Source: an uncultured bacterium (GTDB lineage Bacteria; Oederibacteriota; PGYV01; CAWJRG01). Taken from it: DNA of 64,000 nucleotides. Below the pieces are notes generated by a model that saw nothing but the letters and a program-made list of their open reading frames with translations, was not told where the DNA came from and did not search any database. Positions 28,706 through 37,699 of this stretch are shown piece by piece. Both the position numbers and the translations under genes were made by a program. Each line of letters starts with the position of its first letter. Positions within the stretch are counted from its first letter, which is position 1. Location of the stretch: assembly GCA_963845185.1 (NCBI GenBank), contig CAWJRG010000009.1, positions 1-64,000 of the forward strand. Reading direction: 5' to 3'.

Positions 28706-29347
28706 ATGGACTATGCTTTTTTGAAAGAAAAAATGATAAAGCAGCAGATCGAAGCGCGCGGAATAAACGATAAAAAAGTTATCGCTGCAATCCGTGCAGT
28801 GCCCAGGCATGAATTTGTGCCTGAACAGGACATGGATTACGCTTATGACGACGCGCCGCTGCCGGTGGGCTGCGGGCAGACAATATCACAGCCGTATATA
28901 GTAGCTCTTATGACAGAAATGCTCGAAATAAAACCGGACAGCAGGGTGCTGGAGATAGGCACCGGTTCAGGATACCAGACAGCAGTGCTTTCCAAAATGG
29001 CAAAGGAAGTCTTTACCATCGAACTTGTGGAAATTCTTTCATCCCGAGCAAAAGATACGATAGAAAACCTGAAAATCAGCAATGTCCATTTTAGAGCAGG
29101 AGACGGCTCGCCGGGATGGCCTGAATCCGCGCCATATAACAGAATAATAGTAACTGCTGCCGCGCCTGATGTACCGGCAGCGCTTGAGAATCAGCTTGAT
29201 AAGAACGACGGGATTTTAATCGCGCCTGTGGGCAACATGCTTATCCAGAAACTCGTTAAAATAAAATATGTTAAATTGAAAAAAGAAGAAACAGAAGGAA
29301 TAAACGTTGTTTTTGTCCCGTTGCACGGGCAATACGGATTCAAATGA
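28706..29347 (+). CDS. pcm: Protein-L-isoaspartate O-methyltransferase
   Basis: VPRHEFV, GQTISQPYIVA, VLEIGTGSGYQTA and IIVTAAA motifs. Confidence 0.96.
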   Translation: MDYAFLKEKMIKQQIEARGINDKKVIAAIRAVPRHEFVPEQDMDYAYDDAPLPVGCGQTISQPYIVALMTEMLEIKPDSRVLEIGTGSGYQTAVLSKMAKEVFTIELVEILSSRAKDTIENLKISNVHFRAGDGSPGWPESAPYNRIIVTAAAPDVPAALENQLDKNDGILIAPVGNMLIQKLVKIKYVKLKKEETEGINVVFVPLHGQYGFK

Positions 29348-29353
29348 AACGGT

Positions 29354-29430
29354 CGGGGCGTAGCGCAGGTGGCTAGCGCGCCTGCTTCGGGAGCAGGAGG
29401 TCGCTGGTTCAAATCCAGTCGCCCCGACCA
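29354..29430 (+). tRNA. tRNA-Pro(CGG)
   Basis: Anticodon arm CCTGC-TTCGGGA-GCAGG, GGTTCAAATCC T-arm and encoded CCA. Confidence 0.97.
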
Positions 29431-29488
29431 GATTTAAGCGGTTTAAACTGGTTCGGGACATTTAACATTTATAATCCTGGGAGCACAA

Positions 29489-30175
29489 ATGAAAAAAGCA
29501 GTTTTGATTTTCATCGTCATAATACTCGCATTTAACTTTATAAAAGCAGACAGTGTGGATGTAAATCATTTCCTTATTGGGCCTTCGGTAAACGGGGAGA
29601 GCGGGTTTATTTATAACCCTTCAAGCTATGTCCTCGGCAACAACATGCTCTCGCTCGGCATACATTCATATTTTTTTAAGGCCAATTACGGCCTGTTCAA
29701 TTTTCTTGAAGCGGGCTTGAAATTCAACATCGGAACTTCCTCTGAAATCCTGGACATACTTAAAACAAGCAGCGTAAATCTAAAGGTAAAATTCCTTGAG
29801 GAAGAAAAATATTTTGTGAGCATCGCCGGCGGAGTGGAGGAAATACCGATAGCATTTTATAATCTTTTTACCGATAATCCGTTCAGGCCTTATGTAGCAG
29901 TGTCAAAGAAGATTTACGACATGAATTTTACGGCGGGATATATGGCCAAAAGGGGAAAGGGCATATTCGCGGACGCAAGCAAGGTGATAGACGATACGGT
30001 ATTAGCAATAGCAGAATACGACGGCGAGCACTACAATGCAGGGGTCAAGATAAGCCTAAATTATAATTTTAATATTGAAGTTTTCGTCAGGGAAATAGAC
30101 CGGATGAATACGATAAAAGAACTTGGCCAGTTTTTAAGGGATTATTTTATTTTCGGGATTACTTACATACAATAA
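29489..30175 (+). CDS. Hypothetical exported protein, probable outer-membrane beta-barrel (YjbH-like)
   Basis: Signal peptide, alternating beta-strand pattern, AEYDG..YNAG and a C-terminal FGITY. Confidence 0.6.
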   Translation: MKKAVLIFIVIILAFNFIKADSVDVNHFLIGPSVNGESGFIYNPSSYVLGNNMLSLGIHSYFFKANYGLFNFLEAGLKFNIGTSSEILDILKTSSVNLKVKFLEEEKYFVSIAGGVEEIPIAFYNLFTDNPFRPYVAVSKKIYDMNFTAGYMAKRGKGIFADASKVIDDTVLAIAEYDGEHYNAGVKISLNYNFNIEVFVREIDRMNTIKELGQFLRDYFIFGITYIQ

Positions 30176-30188
30176 AAAGGGAAATATA

Positions 30189-30480
30189 ATGGCGGGAAGA
30201 GAAGGGTTTTCATATAACGGTAACAGGACGCGTGCAGGGAGTCGGTTACAGGTATTATTGCAGGAATGCGGCCGGAGGCATGGGCCTTAAGGGATATGTA
30301 ATGAATATGCCGGATGGAAACGTGGAAATACAGGTTTTTGGCAACAAGGAAAAAGTTGAGGATTTTATTTCGGAAATTACAAGCAGGGGCAGAGGATTTA
30401 TAATAGAAGGGATACAGACAGAAGAAATACCTGTTGACACAAACTACAGGGATTTCGGAATAAAATTTCACCCGTACTGA
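30189..30480 (+). CDS. acyP: Acylphosphatase (start codon is 1 nt out of frame)
   Basis: VTGRVQGVGYR and GYVMNMPDGNVE motifs. The only nearby ATG (30189) is offset by one extra base at GCGGGAA. Confidence 0.85.
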
Positions 30481-30572
30481 CCAATACAGAACAGAGGGAT
30501 CCATGAAGAAGAAAAAAGGCAAAAAGAAAAGGGCTGCAGAGCAAAGAAGTAAAGAATGTTTTAAAGGGCAAA

Positions 30573-31559
30573 ATGACGGGTAAAGAAACCATGGCGGAAA
30601 TTGAAAAAGACGAACCGAAAATACCTGAAATCCTGCAAAACGAGCAAATATTGCCTGAAGAAACAGCGGGTTCGGAAAACGCAGAGGAAAGCGGCGGGTC
30701 AGAAGAAACCGAAACAGGGGACAGAAGCAGCGCGGACGGCAGGGATTCCCTTTATATTTATTTTGACGATATAAGAAAAGAAAAAATACTGACTGAAAAA
30801 GAAGAAAAAGAAGTCATAAGAAAAGCTCAAAAAGGCGATAAAAAGGCAAGGGAGAGGCTCATAAAAGCGAATCTGCGGCTTGTCGTCAAAATGGCAAAAA
30901 GATACGAGTATTTCAGGATATCCCTTGTGGACATTATCGAAGAAGGAAATATCGGGCTTGTAAAGGCAATAGAAAAATTCATACCCTCGAAAGGGTTCAG
31001 GTTTTCCACATATGCCACATGGTGGATTAAGCAGGCAATAAACAGGGCAATATCAAACCAGAGAAATACGATAAGGATACCGGTACACATCATAGATATT
31101 TATTACAAGTATTTAAAATTCATGAGCAAGGGGATGAAAAATACAGGTACTGCGCCTTCGAAAGAAGCGGCTGCCAAAAAATTAAAAATATCGCCTGTAA
31201 GGTTAAATGAAATACTAAACGTAATGAAATCACCCAAGTCACTCGAGCATGAATATGAAAAAGAAGACAGCGAGTCCACAAGGACATTAAAAGATACGAT
31301 AGAAGACACAAGCGTGGTAAAGCCCGACGATGACTTTTTTGAAAAGGACAAAAAAGAAAGCCTGTTAAAAGTAATTTTCGGCTTAAGGCCAAAAGAACAG
31401 CAGGTTTTGATATACAGGTACGGCCTTAACAACGGGGAAGCCATGACGCTCGAGCAAATCGGGAAAAAGATGCGGCTAACAAGGGAAAGAATAAGGCAGA
31501 TAGAAATGACGGCGCTGAGAAAAATGAGGTTCCTGCTTAAAAGGCGGGACGTAGTATAA
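30573..31559 (+). CDS. sigma70-family group 1/2 (RpoS-like) sigma factor
   Basis: ANLRLVV, EEGNIGLVKAIEKF, GFRFSTYATWWIKQAI, TIRIPVH and LTRERIRQIE motifs. Lacks region 1.1. Start uncertain. Confidence 0.9.
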   Translation: MTGKETMAEIEKDEPKIPEILQNEQILPEETAGSENAEESGGSEETETGDRSSADGRDSLYIYFDDIRKEKILTEKEEKEVIRKAQKGDKKARERLIKANLRLVVKMAKRYEYFRISLVDIIEEGNIGLVKAIEKFIPSKGFRFSTYATWWIKQAINRAISNQRNTIRIPVHIIDIYYKYLKFMSKGMKNTGTAPSKEAAAKKLKISPVRLNEILNVMKSPKSLEHEYEKEDSESTRTLKDTIEDTSVVKPDDDFFEKDKKESLLKVIFGLRPKEQQVLIYRYGLNNGEAMTLEQIGKKMRLTRERIRQIEMTALRKMRFLLKRRDVV

Positions 31560-31586
31560 TGCAATAAACCTTTAATTTAAAATAGA

Positions 31587-31681
31587 ATACCGCTCGTTCA
31601 AGGCAGTAGCCTTGAACTGGACCGGGTATAAGACTCCGAAAGATTTTGCCTTAGCTGTTGACGCTCGGCGAAATCAACGGA
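31587..31681 (+). ncRNA. Two-hairpin leader element, copy 4 (diverged, apt leader)
   Basis: ATACCGCTCGTTC-AAGGC..GCCTT-GAACTGGACCGGGTAT plus TCCGAAAGATTTTGCC..GC-TGTTGAC-GC..GGCGAAATCAACGGA, then AAGGAG. Confidence 0.65.
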
Positions 31682-31696
31682 CTCTAAGGAGCAAAC

Positions 31697-32215
31697 ATGG
31701 AAAAAGAACTGAAAAAAGTCATAAGGGATGTGCCGGATTTCCCGAAACTGGGCATTATTTTCAAGGACCTAACCCCTGTCTTAAAAGACAGGAAAATATT
31801 TAAAAAGCTGATTGATTTTTTTTATAAGAGATATAAAAATAAAAGTATCGATAAAGTTGTCTGCGTGGAAGCTAGAGGGTTCCTGATAGGGGCACCCCTT
31901 GCTTATAAACTCGGCAAGCCTTTGATACCCGCAAGAAAACCCGGTAAGCTTCCGGGAAAGACTTTGAAAATCGAATACAGCCTTGAATATGGCACAGACG
32001 CACTGGAAATCCTAAGCGATGCCATTGATGAAGGCGACAAAGTGCTGATAATAGACGATTTGCTTGCCACGGGCGGCACGACAGCGGCTGTTTCCCAGCT
32101 TGTTGAAAAATTCGGCGCAGAGGTCGCGGAGCTTGCTTTTATAGTAGAACTTGACTTTTTAAAGGGCAGGGAAAAACTGGGCAAATACAAAGTCTTTTCG
32201 ATAGTACATTATTAA
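31697..32215 (+). CDS. apt: Adenine phosphoribosyltransferase
   Basis: IRDVPDFPK.GIIFKD, EARGF, YSLEYG and IIDDLLATGGT motifs. Confidence 0.97.
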   Translation: MEKELKKVIRDVPDFPKLGIIFKDLTPVLKDRKIFKKLIDFFYKRYKNKSIDKVVCVEARGFLIGAPLAYKLGKPLIPARKPGKLPGKTLKIEYSLEYGTDALEILSDAIDEGDKVLIIDDLLATGGTTAAVSQLVEKFGAEVAELAFIVELDFLKGREKLGKYKVFSIVHY

Positions 32216-32248
32216 TTTAAACAAAATAAGGCTGAACCGGAGGAAAAA

Positions 32249-33451
32249 TTGATAAGTTTTGAGGAGCAATTAAAGACAATAAAACGGGGCGTTGCCGACA
32301 TAGTGACGGAAAGCGAGCTTGAGGCAAAACTTAAAAAATCAATAAAACAAAATAAACCTTTAATAATAAAACTCGGGATCGACCCCAACGCTTCCGATAT
32401 ACACCTGGGGCATACAGTAGCTTTAAACAAATTAAGGCAATTTCAAAACCTCGGCCATAAAGTCGTATTGATAATCGGTGATTATACAGCCATGATAGGA
32501 GACCCGAGCGGAAGGATGAGTGAAAGGCCGCAGCTTGACCATGATACAATAATGAAAAATCTTGCCACTTACAAGGAGCAGGCTTATAAAATACTCGACA
32601 AAGACAAGCTTGAGATTGTTTTCAACGGGGCGTGGTTTGAAAAATTAAATTTTCAGGATGTCATAAAACTCGTTTCGAAATTTACGCTCGCCCAGATGCT
32701 TGAGCATGATTATTTCGACAAGCGATTCAAGGGAGGCCTTCCTTTAAGCATGCATGAACTGCTTTATCCCATGATGCAGGGTTATGATTCTGTAATGATT
32801 AAAGCAGACATCGAATTAGGCGGCACAGACCAGAGATTCAATGTTATTGCCGGAAGATACCTGCAAAAAGAGTCCGGACAGGAAAGCCAGGTAGGGCTTT
32901 TTACGCCTATCCTTGCGGGGCTTGACGGTAAGAATAAAATGAGCAAGTCGCTCAATAATTATATAGGCATAAGCGACAAACCCGAAGACATGTACGGTAA
33001 GGCAATGTCCATCCCCGATGAATTGATAATCCAGTATTTTGAACTTGTGACGGATATCGAGATGGAAGAAATAAATAAAATGGAAAAATCAATGAAGGAA
33101 GGCACCAACCCGCGCGACATAAAGAAAAAACTGGCGCATGAAATAGTAAAAAGGTTCCACACAGAGGCAGCTGCGAATGCGGCGGAAGAGAACTTTTCCA
33201 GGGTATTTTCCGACAGGGAAATGCCCGAAAAAATCGAGGAGTTTAAAGTTACCGAGGAAAAAATACCCGTTGTAAGATTATTGACCATGACAAAACTGGC
33301 CAAAAGTAATTCGGAAGCCCAGAGGCTGATAAGCCAGGGCGGGGTTTATGTAAACAAAGAAAGAGTCGATGATTATAAAAAGGAAATTCATATAAAAGAA
33401 CCGCTTATACTCAAGGTTGGGAAAAGGAAATTTTTGAAGATTGTCCGTTAA
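32249..33451 (+). CDS. tyrS: Tyrosine--tRNA ligase
   Basis: GIDP..HLGH, IGDPSG, MQGYDS, ELGGTDQ, KMSKS and a C-terminal S4 domain. TTG start after GGAGG. Confidence 0.97.
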   Translation: MISFEEQLKTIKRGVADIVTESELEAKLKKSIKQNKPLIIKLGIDPNASDIHLGHTVALNKLRQFQNLGHKVVLIIGDYTAMIGDPSGRMSERPQLDHDTIMKNLATYKEQAYKILDKDKLEIVFNGAWFEKLNFQDVIKLVSKFTLAQMLEHDYFDKRFKGGLPLSMHELLYPMMQGYDSVMIKADIELGGTDQRFNVIAGRYLQKESGQESQVGLFTPILAGLDGKNKMSKSLNNYIGISDKPEDMYGKAMSIPDELIIQYFELVTDIEMEEINKMEKSMKEGTNPRDIKKKLAHEIVKRFHTEAAANAAEENFSRVFSDREMPEKIEEFKVTEEKIPVVRLLTMTKLAKSNSEAQRLISQGGVYVNKERVDDYKKEIHIKEPLILKVGKRKFLKIVR

Positions 33452-33493
33452 TGTATTTGCGGGGTTAATACCCCGGCGCAGAAAAGGTGGAAA

Positions 33494-33994
33494 ATGATAA
33501 AAAGGTACCGTTACTGCCCTTACTGCAAAGGCAGGCTCGACTATAAATCAACCCAAGGGCTTAAATTAAAACACTGCACTAAATGCGACAGGATATTTTA
33601 CGATAACCCAGCAACCGGCGTCGCAATCCTTGTAGAAAAAGACAAAAAAATTCTTTTTGTAAAAAGAAACGTAGTACCCAAAAAGAACAGGTGGGCTTTA
33701 CCGGGCGGGTTTATTGAGCAGGGAGAAACCATAGAAAAAGCCGCTTTGAGGGAATTAAAAGAAGAATGCAACCTGGAAGGCAAAAACGTAAAGATATTAT
33801 CAATATTCGCGGAGCAAACCTCGATTTTCGGAACTGTAATAGCTGTGGGAGTACTCATAACATCTGCCGCTGGCAACGTAAAAGCCGGCGATGACGCTAA
33901 AGAAGCAAAATTTTTCAGCATCGATAAAATGCCTAAAATAGCTTTTAAATCCCACAAATTTTTTGTGGATAAATACATAAAGGATAAATTATGA
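33494..33994 (+). CDS. NUDIX hydrolase with N-terminal zinc ribbon
   Basis: YCPYC..CTKC, WALPGGF.E.GETIE.AALRELKEE and AGDDA motifs. Confidence 0.9.
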   Translation: MIKRYRYCPYCKGRLDYKSTQGLKLKHCTKCDRIFYDNPATGVAILVEKDKKILFVKRNVVPKKNRWALPGGFIEQGETIEKAALRELKEECNLEGKNVKILSIFAEQTSIFGTVIAVGVLITSAAGNVKAGDDAKEAKFFSIDKMPKIAFKSHKFFVDKYIKDKL

Positions 33995-35253
33995 GGATAA
34001 TAGTAGATTTGCACATACATTCAAAATATTCAAGAGCAACAAGCCGCGACATGGACATAATAAATGTCGCAAAATGGGCGGAAAAAAAAGGCATTGATAT
34101 AATAGCCAGCGGGGATTTTCAGCACCCAAAATACTTGGGCGAGCTAAAAAGTAACCTGGTAGAAGCCGAGCCCGGGCTTTATAAAATTAAGAATGCAAAT
34201 ATAAAGGCAAGGGTGATTTTAAGCACTGAAATATCAAATATATTCAAACAGGGTGGTAAGGTGAGAAAAATCCACTCGCTCGTAATAATGCCTACTATTG
34301 AAGATGCCTCGAAATTGTCCCAGGTCCTCGCGACAAAAGGCAATACAACGGCGGATGGCAGGCCTATTTTCGGGTTTTCCGTAAAAGAGCTTTGCAAAAT
34401 TGTATTTGACGTTTCAAAAGACGCGCTTTTTATACCAGCGCATGTATGGACGCCGTGGTTTTCGGTTTTTGGCTCAAAATCGGGGTTCAACAGTATTGAG
34501 GAATGCTTTGAAGAAGAATCGGAAAATATCAAGGCGCTTGAAACGGGACTCTCATCGGACGCATCCATGAACTGGAGAATATCCGGACTCGACAAAAAAA
34601 CCCTTGTTTCGAATTCAGACGCGCATTCCCCGAGGAAAATAGGCAGGGAAGCAAATGTTTTTGACGCCAGGATTGATTATTATGAAATAAAAAAGATAAT
34701 AGAAACAAAAGACAAAAAGAAATTCCTTTATACAATAGAGTTTTTTCCCGAGGAAGGCAAATACCATTATGACGGGCACAGATTGTGCGGTATAAGCATG
34801 CACCCGAGGGAATCCATAGTAAAAAACAATAGGTGTCCTGTATGTTTCAAACCGCTAACCCTGGGCGTCCTTCATAGGGTGGAGGAACTCGCGGACAGGC
34901 CATGGAATTACGTGCCGCAAAACGCGCCGGAGCAAAGGCACTTGATACCGCTTGAGGAGGTTATTGCCGATGCTTTGGGAACAAGTGCTGCAAGCAAAAA
35001 AACTCAGGAAATGTATGAAAAGGCGCTTATAAAAGGCGGAACCGAATTCGAAATACTGCTGGACAGGAGCTTTGACGAACTTACGAAAATTCTGGACTAT
35101 AAAACGGCCGAAGGTATAATCAAGATGAGAATGGGAAAAGTAAATGTCGCGCCCGGATATGACGGGGAATACGGGAAAATAAGTATTTTCAGGGATATAG
35201 ACAAGTTTGATGATAAAACAAAAAAAATGCAAATGAAACTTTTCGAGGAATAA
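33991..35253 (+). CDS. Endonuclease Q family protein (PHP domain plus zinc finger)
   Basis: DLHIHSKYSRATS, PAHVWTPW, ETGLSSD, SNSDAHS, GKYHYDGHR.C, CPVC..GVLHRV and PGYDGEYG motifs. Confidence 0.9.
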   Translation: MRIIVDLHIHSKYSRATSRDMDIINVAKWAEKKGIDIIASGDFQHPKYLGELKSNLVEAEPGLYKIKNANIKARVILSTEISNIFKQGGKVRKIHSLVIMPTIEDASKLSQVLATKGNTTADGRPIFGFSVKELCKIVFDVSKDALFIPAHVWTPWFSVFGSKSGFNSIEECFEEESENIKALETGLSSDASMNWRISGLDKKTLVSNSDAHSPRKIGREANVFDARIDYYEIKKIIETKDKKKFLYTIEFFPEEGKYHYDGHRLCGISMHPRESIVKNNRCPVCFKPLTLGVLHRVEELADRPWNYVPQNAPEQRHLIPLEEVIADALGTSAASKKTQEMYEKALIKGGTEFEILLDRSFDELTKILDYKTAEGIIKMRMGKVNVAPGYDGEYGKISIFRDIDKFDDKTKKMQMKLFEE

Positions 35254-35254
35254 A

Positions 35255-36292
35255 GTGAAAAATTTTTTTAAAAATCTGATTGCCTTTGTAATAATTGCGC
35301 TTATATCAGGAAATATTATTTTGAATTTTAAATTAAGGGAAATAATAAAGTCATTCGACCCGGATATTTATGCTTCGTTCGCGCTTGTCTTAATACCTGA
35401 CAGGGTAACGCTTTTTAACGTTGCGGGCGGGAATTTCCACATTTGGGCATTGACTGCGGCGGTAAATTTTAACGCGCTTTTAAAAAAGGACTTCAACAGG
35501 ATAGTGCACAGCGTTTCGATTTACGGGCTGGCCGTTGATTTCATAAATTATAAAGATGAGGACCAACAAAAACATCAGCAGGCAATAAGCAATTCTTTTG
35601 CGATACCTTTCTGCAGATATTTTAAAATATTATGGAGCCGGATATCCTATATAGACCTTGAAAACAACACCGAATTTAAAATAACCAACATAAACGGCAA
35701 CAGTACTTTTACTCCTGGAAAAATCGAAAGCGAAGACACGCTTGCCTTCAATGGCCAGGGCTGGATTTTCGGGAACCCAAACGACAAAGTATTCCTAAAA
35801 TTTTATTTTTATCCCTACTATAAAAACAAGTTTTTTTTGAACGTATTCGCCAGCAAAATAAATGCGCGGCTGTTTGAACCAATGTTTAAAAGCAACAACC
35901 TGAAAATTCTGGACGGAATGATTAATTTTGTTGTGCAGATAAAAGGCGAAATGAGAAAAATATCTGTCAATAATATCATGGATTTTAACAACCTGAAAGT
36001 CAGGGAAGATGTTTTTATCGACCCGAAAGCATTTTTGGGGCTTTCCGTGGAACAGATGGTGGATTTTCTTAAGGATTCCAAAGGAGATTTCTATGTAAAT
36101 TTTTCCTTTGATATTGAAGACAGTGAATTCCTGAAAATATTTGAATATTACGGTGATCATTTTAAAGCATCGCTTGTGGACAGGGTAAAACTCGGCGCTA
36201 TTACAGCGCCTGCAAGACAAATAAAAGACCTGATATGGAATCTTACGGGAGAGAATATTTTTAGGATACTCAATATATTCGGAATAAAGTAA
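35255..36292 (+). CDS. Hypothetical membrane-anchored protein (AsmA/DUF748-like beta-rich)
   Basis: N-terminal TM helix, beta-rich body and operonic spacing. Confidence 0.55.
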   Translation: MKNFFKNLIAFVIIALISGNIILNFKLREIIKSFDPDIYASFALVLIPDRVTLFNVAGGNFHIWALTAAVNFNALLKKDFNRIVHSVSIYGLAVDFINYKDEDQQKHQQAISNSFAIPFCRYFKILWSRISYIDLENNTEFKITNINGNSTFTPGKIESEDTLAFNGQGWIFGNPNDKVFLKFYFYPYYKNKFFLNVFASKINARLFEPMFKSNNLKILDGMINFVVQIKGEMRKISVNNIMDFNNLKVREDVFIDPKAFLGLSVEQMVDFLKDSKGDFYVNFSFDIEDSEFLKIFEYYGDHFKASLVDRVKLGAITAPARQIKDLIWNLTGENIFRILNIFGIK

Positions 36293-36324
36293 AATTTCAG
36301 AATTTGAAATGGAGGAAAACGAGA

Positions 36325-36990
36325 ATGCGCGCGAGAAACCGTTATGTACTAGAAAACAGGGCTGACGAAAGCTGGCGGATGTTCAGAATAATGTCGGAAT
36401 TCGTGGAAGGTTTTGAGGAACTCGGGATGATTGGCGATGCCGTTTCCATATTCGGTTCGGCACGCGAGAAAAAGGCATCAAAAATTTACAAGGCGGCAGA
36501 GAAAACAGCATACCTGCTCGCGAAAAACAATTACGCTATAATAACTGGCGGCGGTGGTGGAATAATGGAAGCCGGTAACAAAGGCGCCGCAAAAGCAAAA
36601 GGGATTTCAATCGGTTTAAATATCGAATTGCCGCACGAACAGAAGCCGAATAAATACTCCAACATTAAACTGGGTTTCAGGTATTTTTTTGTACGTAAAG
36701 TAATGTTTGTAAAATATGCAAGCGCCTTTGTGGTTTTCCCTGGGGGATTCGGCACGATGGATGAACTTTTTGAAGCTGCGACACTTATTCAGACGGAGAA
36801 AATAAAACCTTTCCCGATAGTGCTTTACGGAAACTATTACTGGAAGCCTTTTTTGCAGTGGATAAAAACAAATTTAATTGCCGGTGGTTTTATCGACTTG
36901 AAGGATATTGAAATTTTTCACACAGCAGACACCCCGGAGGAAGTTATAAAAATTATAGCAAAAAAGACAAAAATAGCGGATGAAAATTAA
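36325..36990 (+). CDS. LOG family (TIGR00730) nucleotide monophosphate nucleosidase
   Basis: SIFGSAR, ITGGGGGIMEA, FRYFFVRKVMF and PGGFGTMDE motifs. Confidence 0.93.
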   Translation: MRARNRYVLENRADESWRMFRIMSEFVEGFEELGMIGDAVSIFGSAREKKASKIYKAAEKTAYLLAKNNYAIITGGGGGIMEAGNKGAAKAKGISIGLNIELPHEQKPNKYSNIKLGFRYFFVRKVMFVKYASAFVVFPGGFGTMDELFEAATLIQTEKIKPFPIVLYGNYYWKPFLQWIKTNLIAGGFIDLKDIEIFHTADTPEEVIKIIAKKTKIADEN

Positions 36991-37699
36991 AGCGATTTTT
37001 TTTGACGCGGGCGAGACGCTCATATACAGAAACCCGTCGCTTGTTACCATTGCGCACCGCTGCCTGAAAAAATATAATTTTAAAATCAAAAAAGACCTGC
37101 TGGCGCACTCTATAAACAAAGCTGCGCTGGGAATGAGGAAAATTGTTGAAACAGGTAGGGTACGCGACTCGAAAAAATGGGAAATTTATATAAACAACCT
37201 TTTTAAGGAATTAAATATAAATAAACCAGAGCTTATGCTCGAACTGAGAAAAAGGCTTAGAGACGGCACAAGCTTTAGGCCTTTTAAAGACGCCGTGATG
37301 GTTGTTGATACGCTAAAAAAATACGGCATCAAGACCGGGGTTATATCAAACGCTTCAGCCCAGCTTGAAAAAATACTTAAAAGAGCCGGGCTTTTTAACA
37401 GGTTTGATTATATTATAATATCCGAAAAAGCAGGGGTAGAAAAGCCGAATAAAAAAATATTCAGAAAAGCTTTAAAAGAATCAGGTTTAAAGGCATGCGA
37501 GACCGTTTATATCGGCGATAATTATATAGCTGATATTATCGGGGCTAAAAAATCAGGCATAACGCCAGTCTGGGTGAAAAGAAAGACGAAAAATGCTGAA
37601 TTTTCTTTTGCCGGAGCTGTTGGCGAAGATGATAAAATACTACGGATAAGTAATTTAAAGGAAATTATTAAACTAATTAAAAAAGAGGGATGGATTTGA
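36980..37699 (+). CDS. HAD-superfamily hydrolase
   Basis: FFDAGETL, ISN, EKP and IGDNYIADIIGA motifs. Confidence 0.9.
   Translation: MKIKAIFFDAGETLIYRNPSLVTIAHRCLKKYNFKIKKDLLAHSINKAALGMRKIVETGRVRDSKKWEIYINNLFKELNINKPELMLELRKRLRDGTSFRPFKDAVMVVDTLKKYGIKTGVISNASAQLEKILKRAGLFNRFDYIIISEKAGVEKPNKKIFRKALKESGLKACETVYIGDNYIADIIGAKKSGITPVWVKRKTKNAEFSFAGAVGEDDKILRISNLKEIIKLIKKEGWI

Noticed and set aside
28587..29430. tRNA-Pro pair as attachment sites of an integrated element
   Set aside because: Both are complete tRNAs with different anticodons, enclosing only pcm in a conserved housekeeping context, with no integrase.
28410..29461. Minus-strand ORFs 28410, 28577, 29191 and 29216
   Set aside because: They are antisense shadows of the two tRNA-Pro genes.
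32212..32250. T-box leader for tyrS (or valS)
   Set aside because: The apt-tyrS gap is too short and no T-box consensus (TGGNACC-type antiterminator) is visible upstream of either gene.
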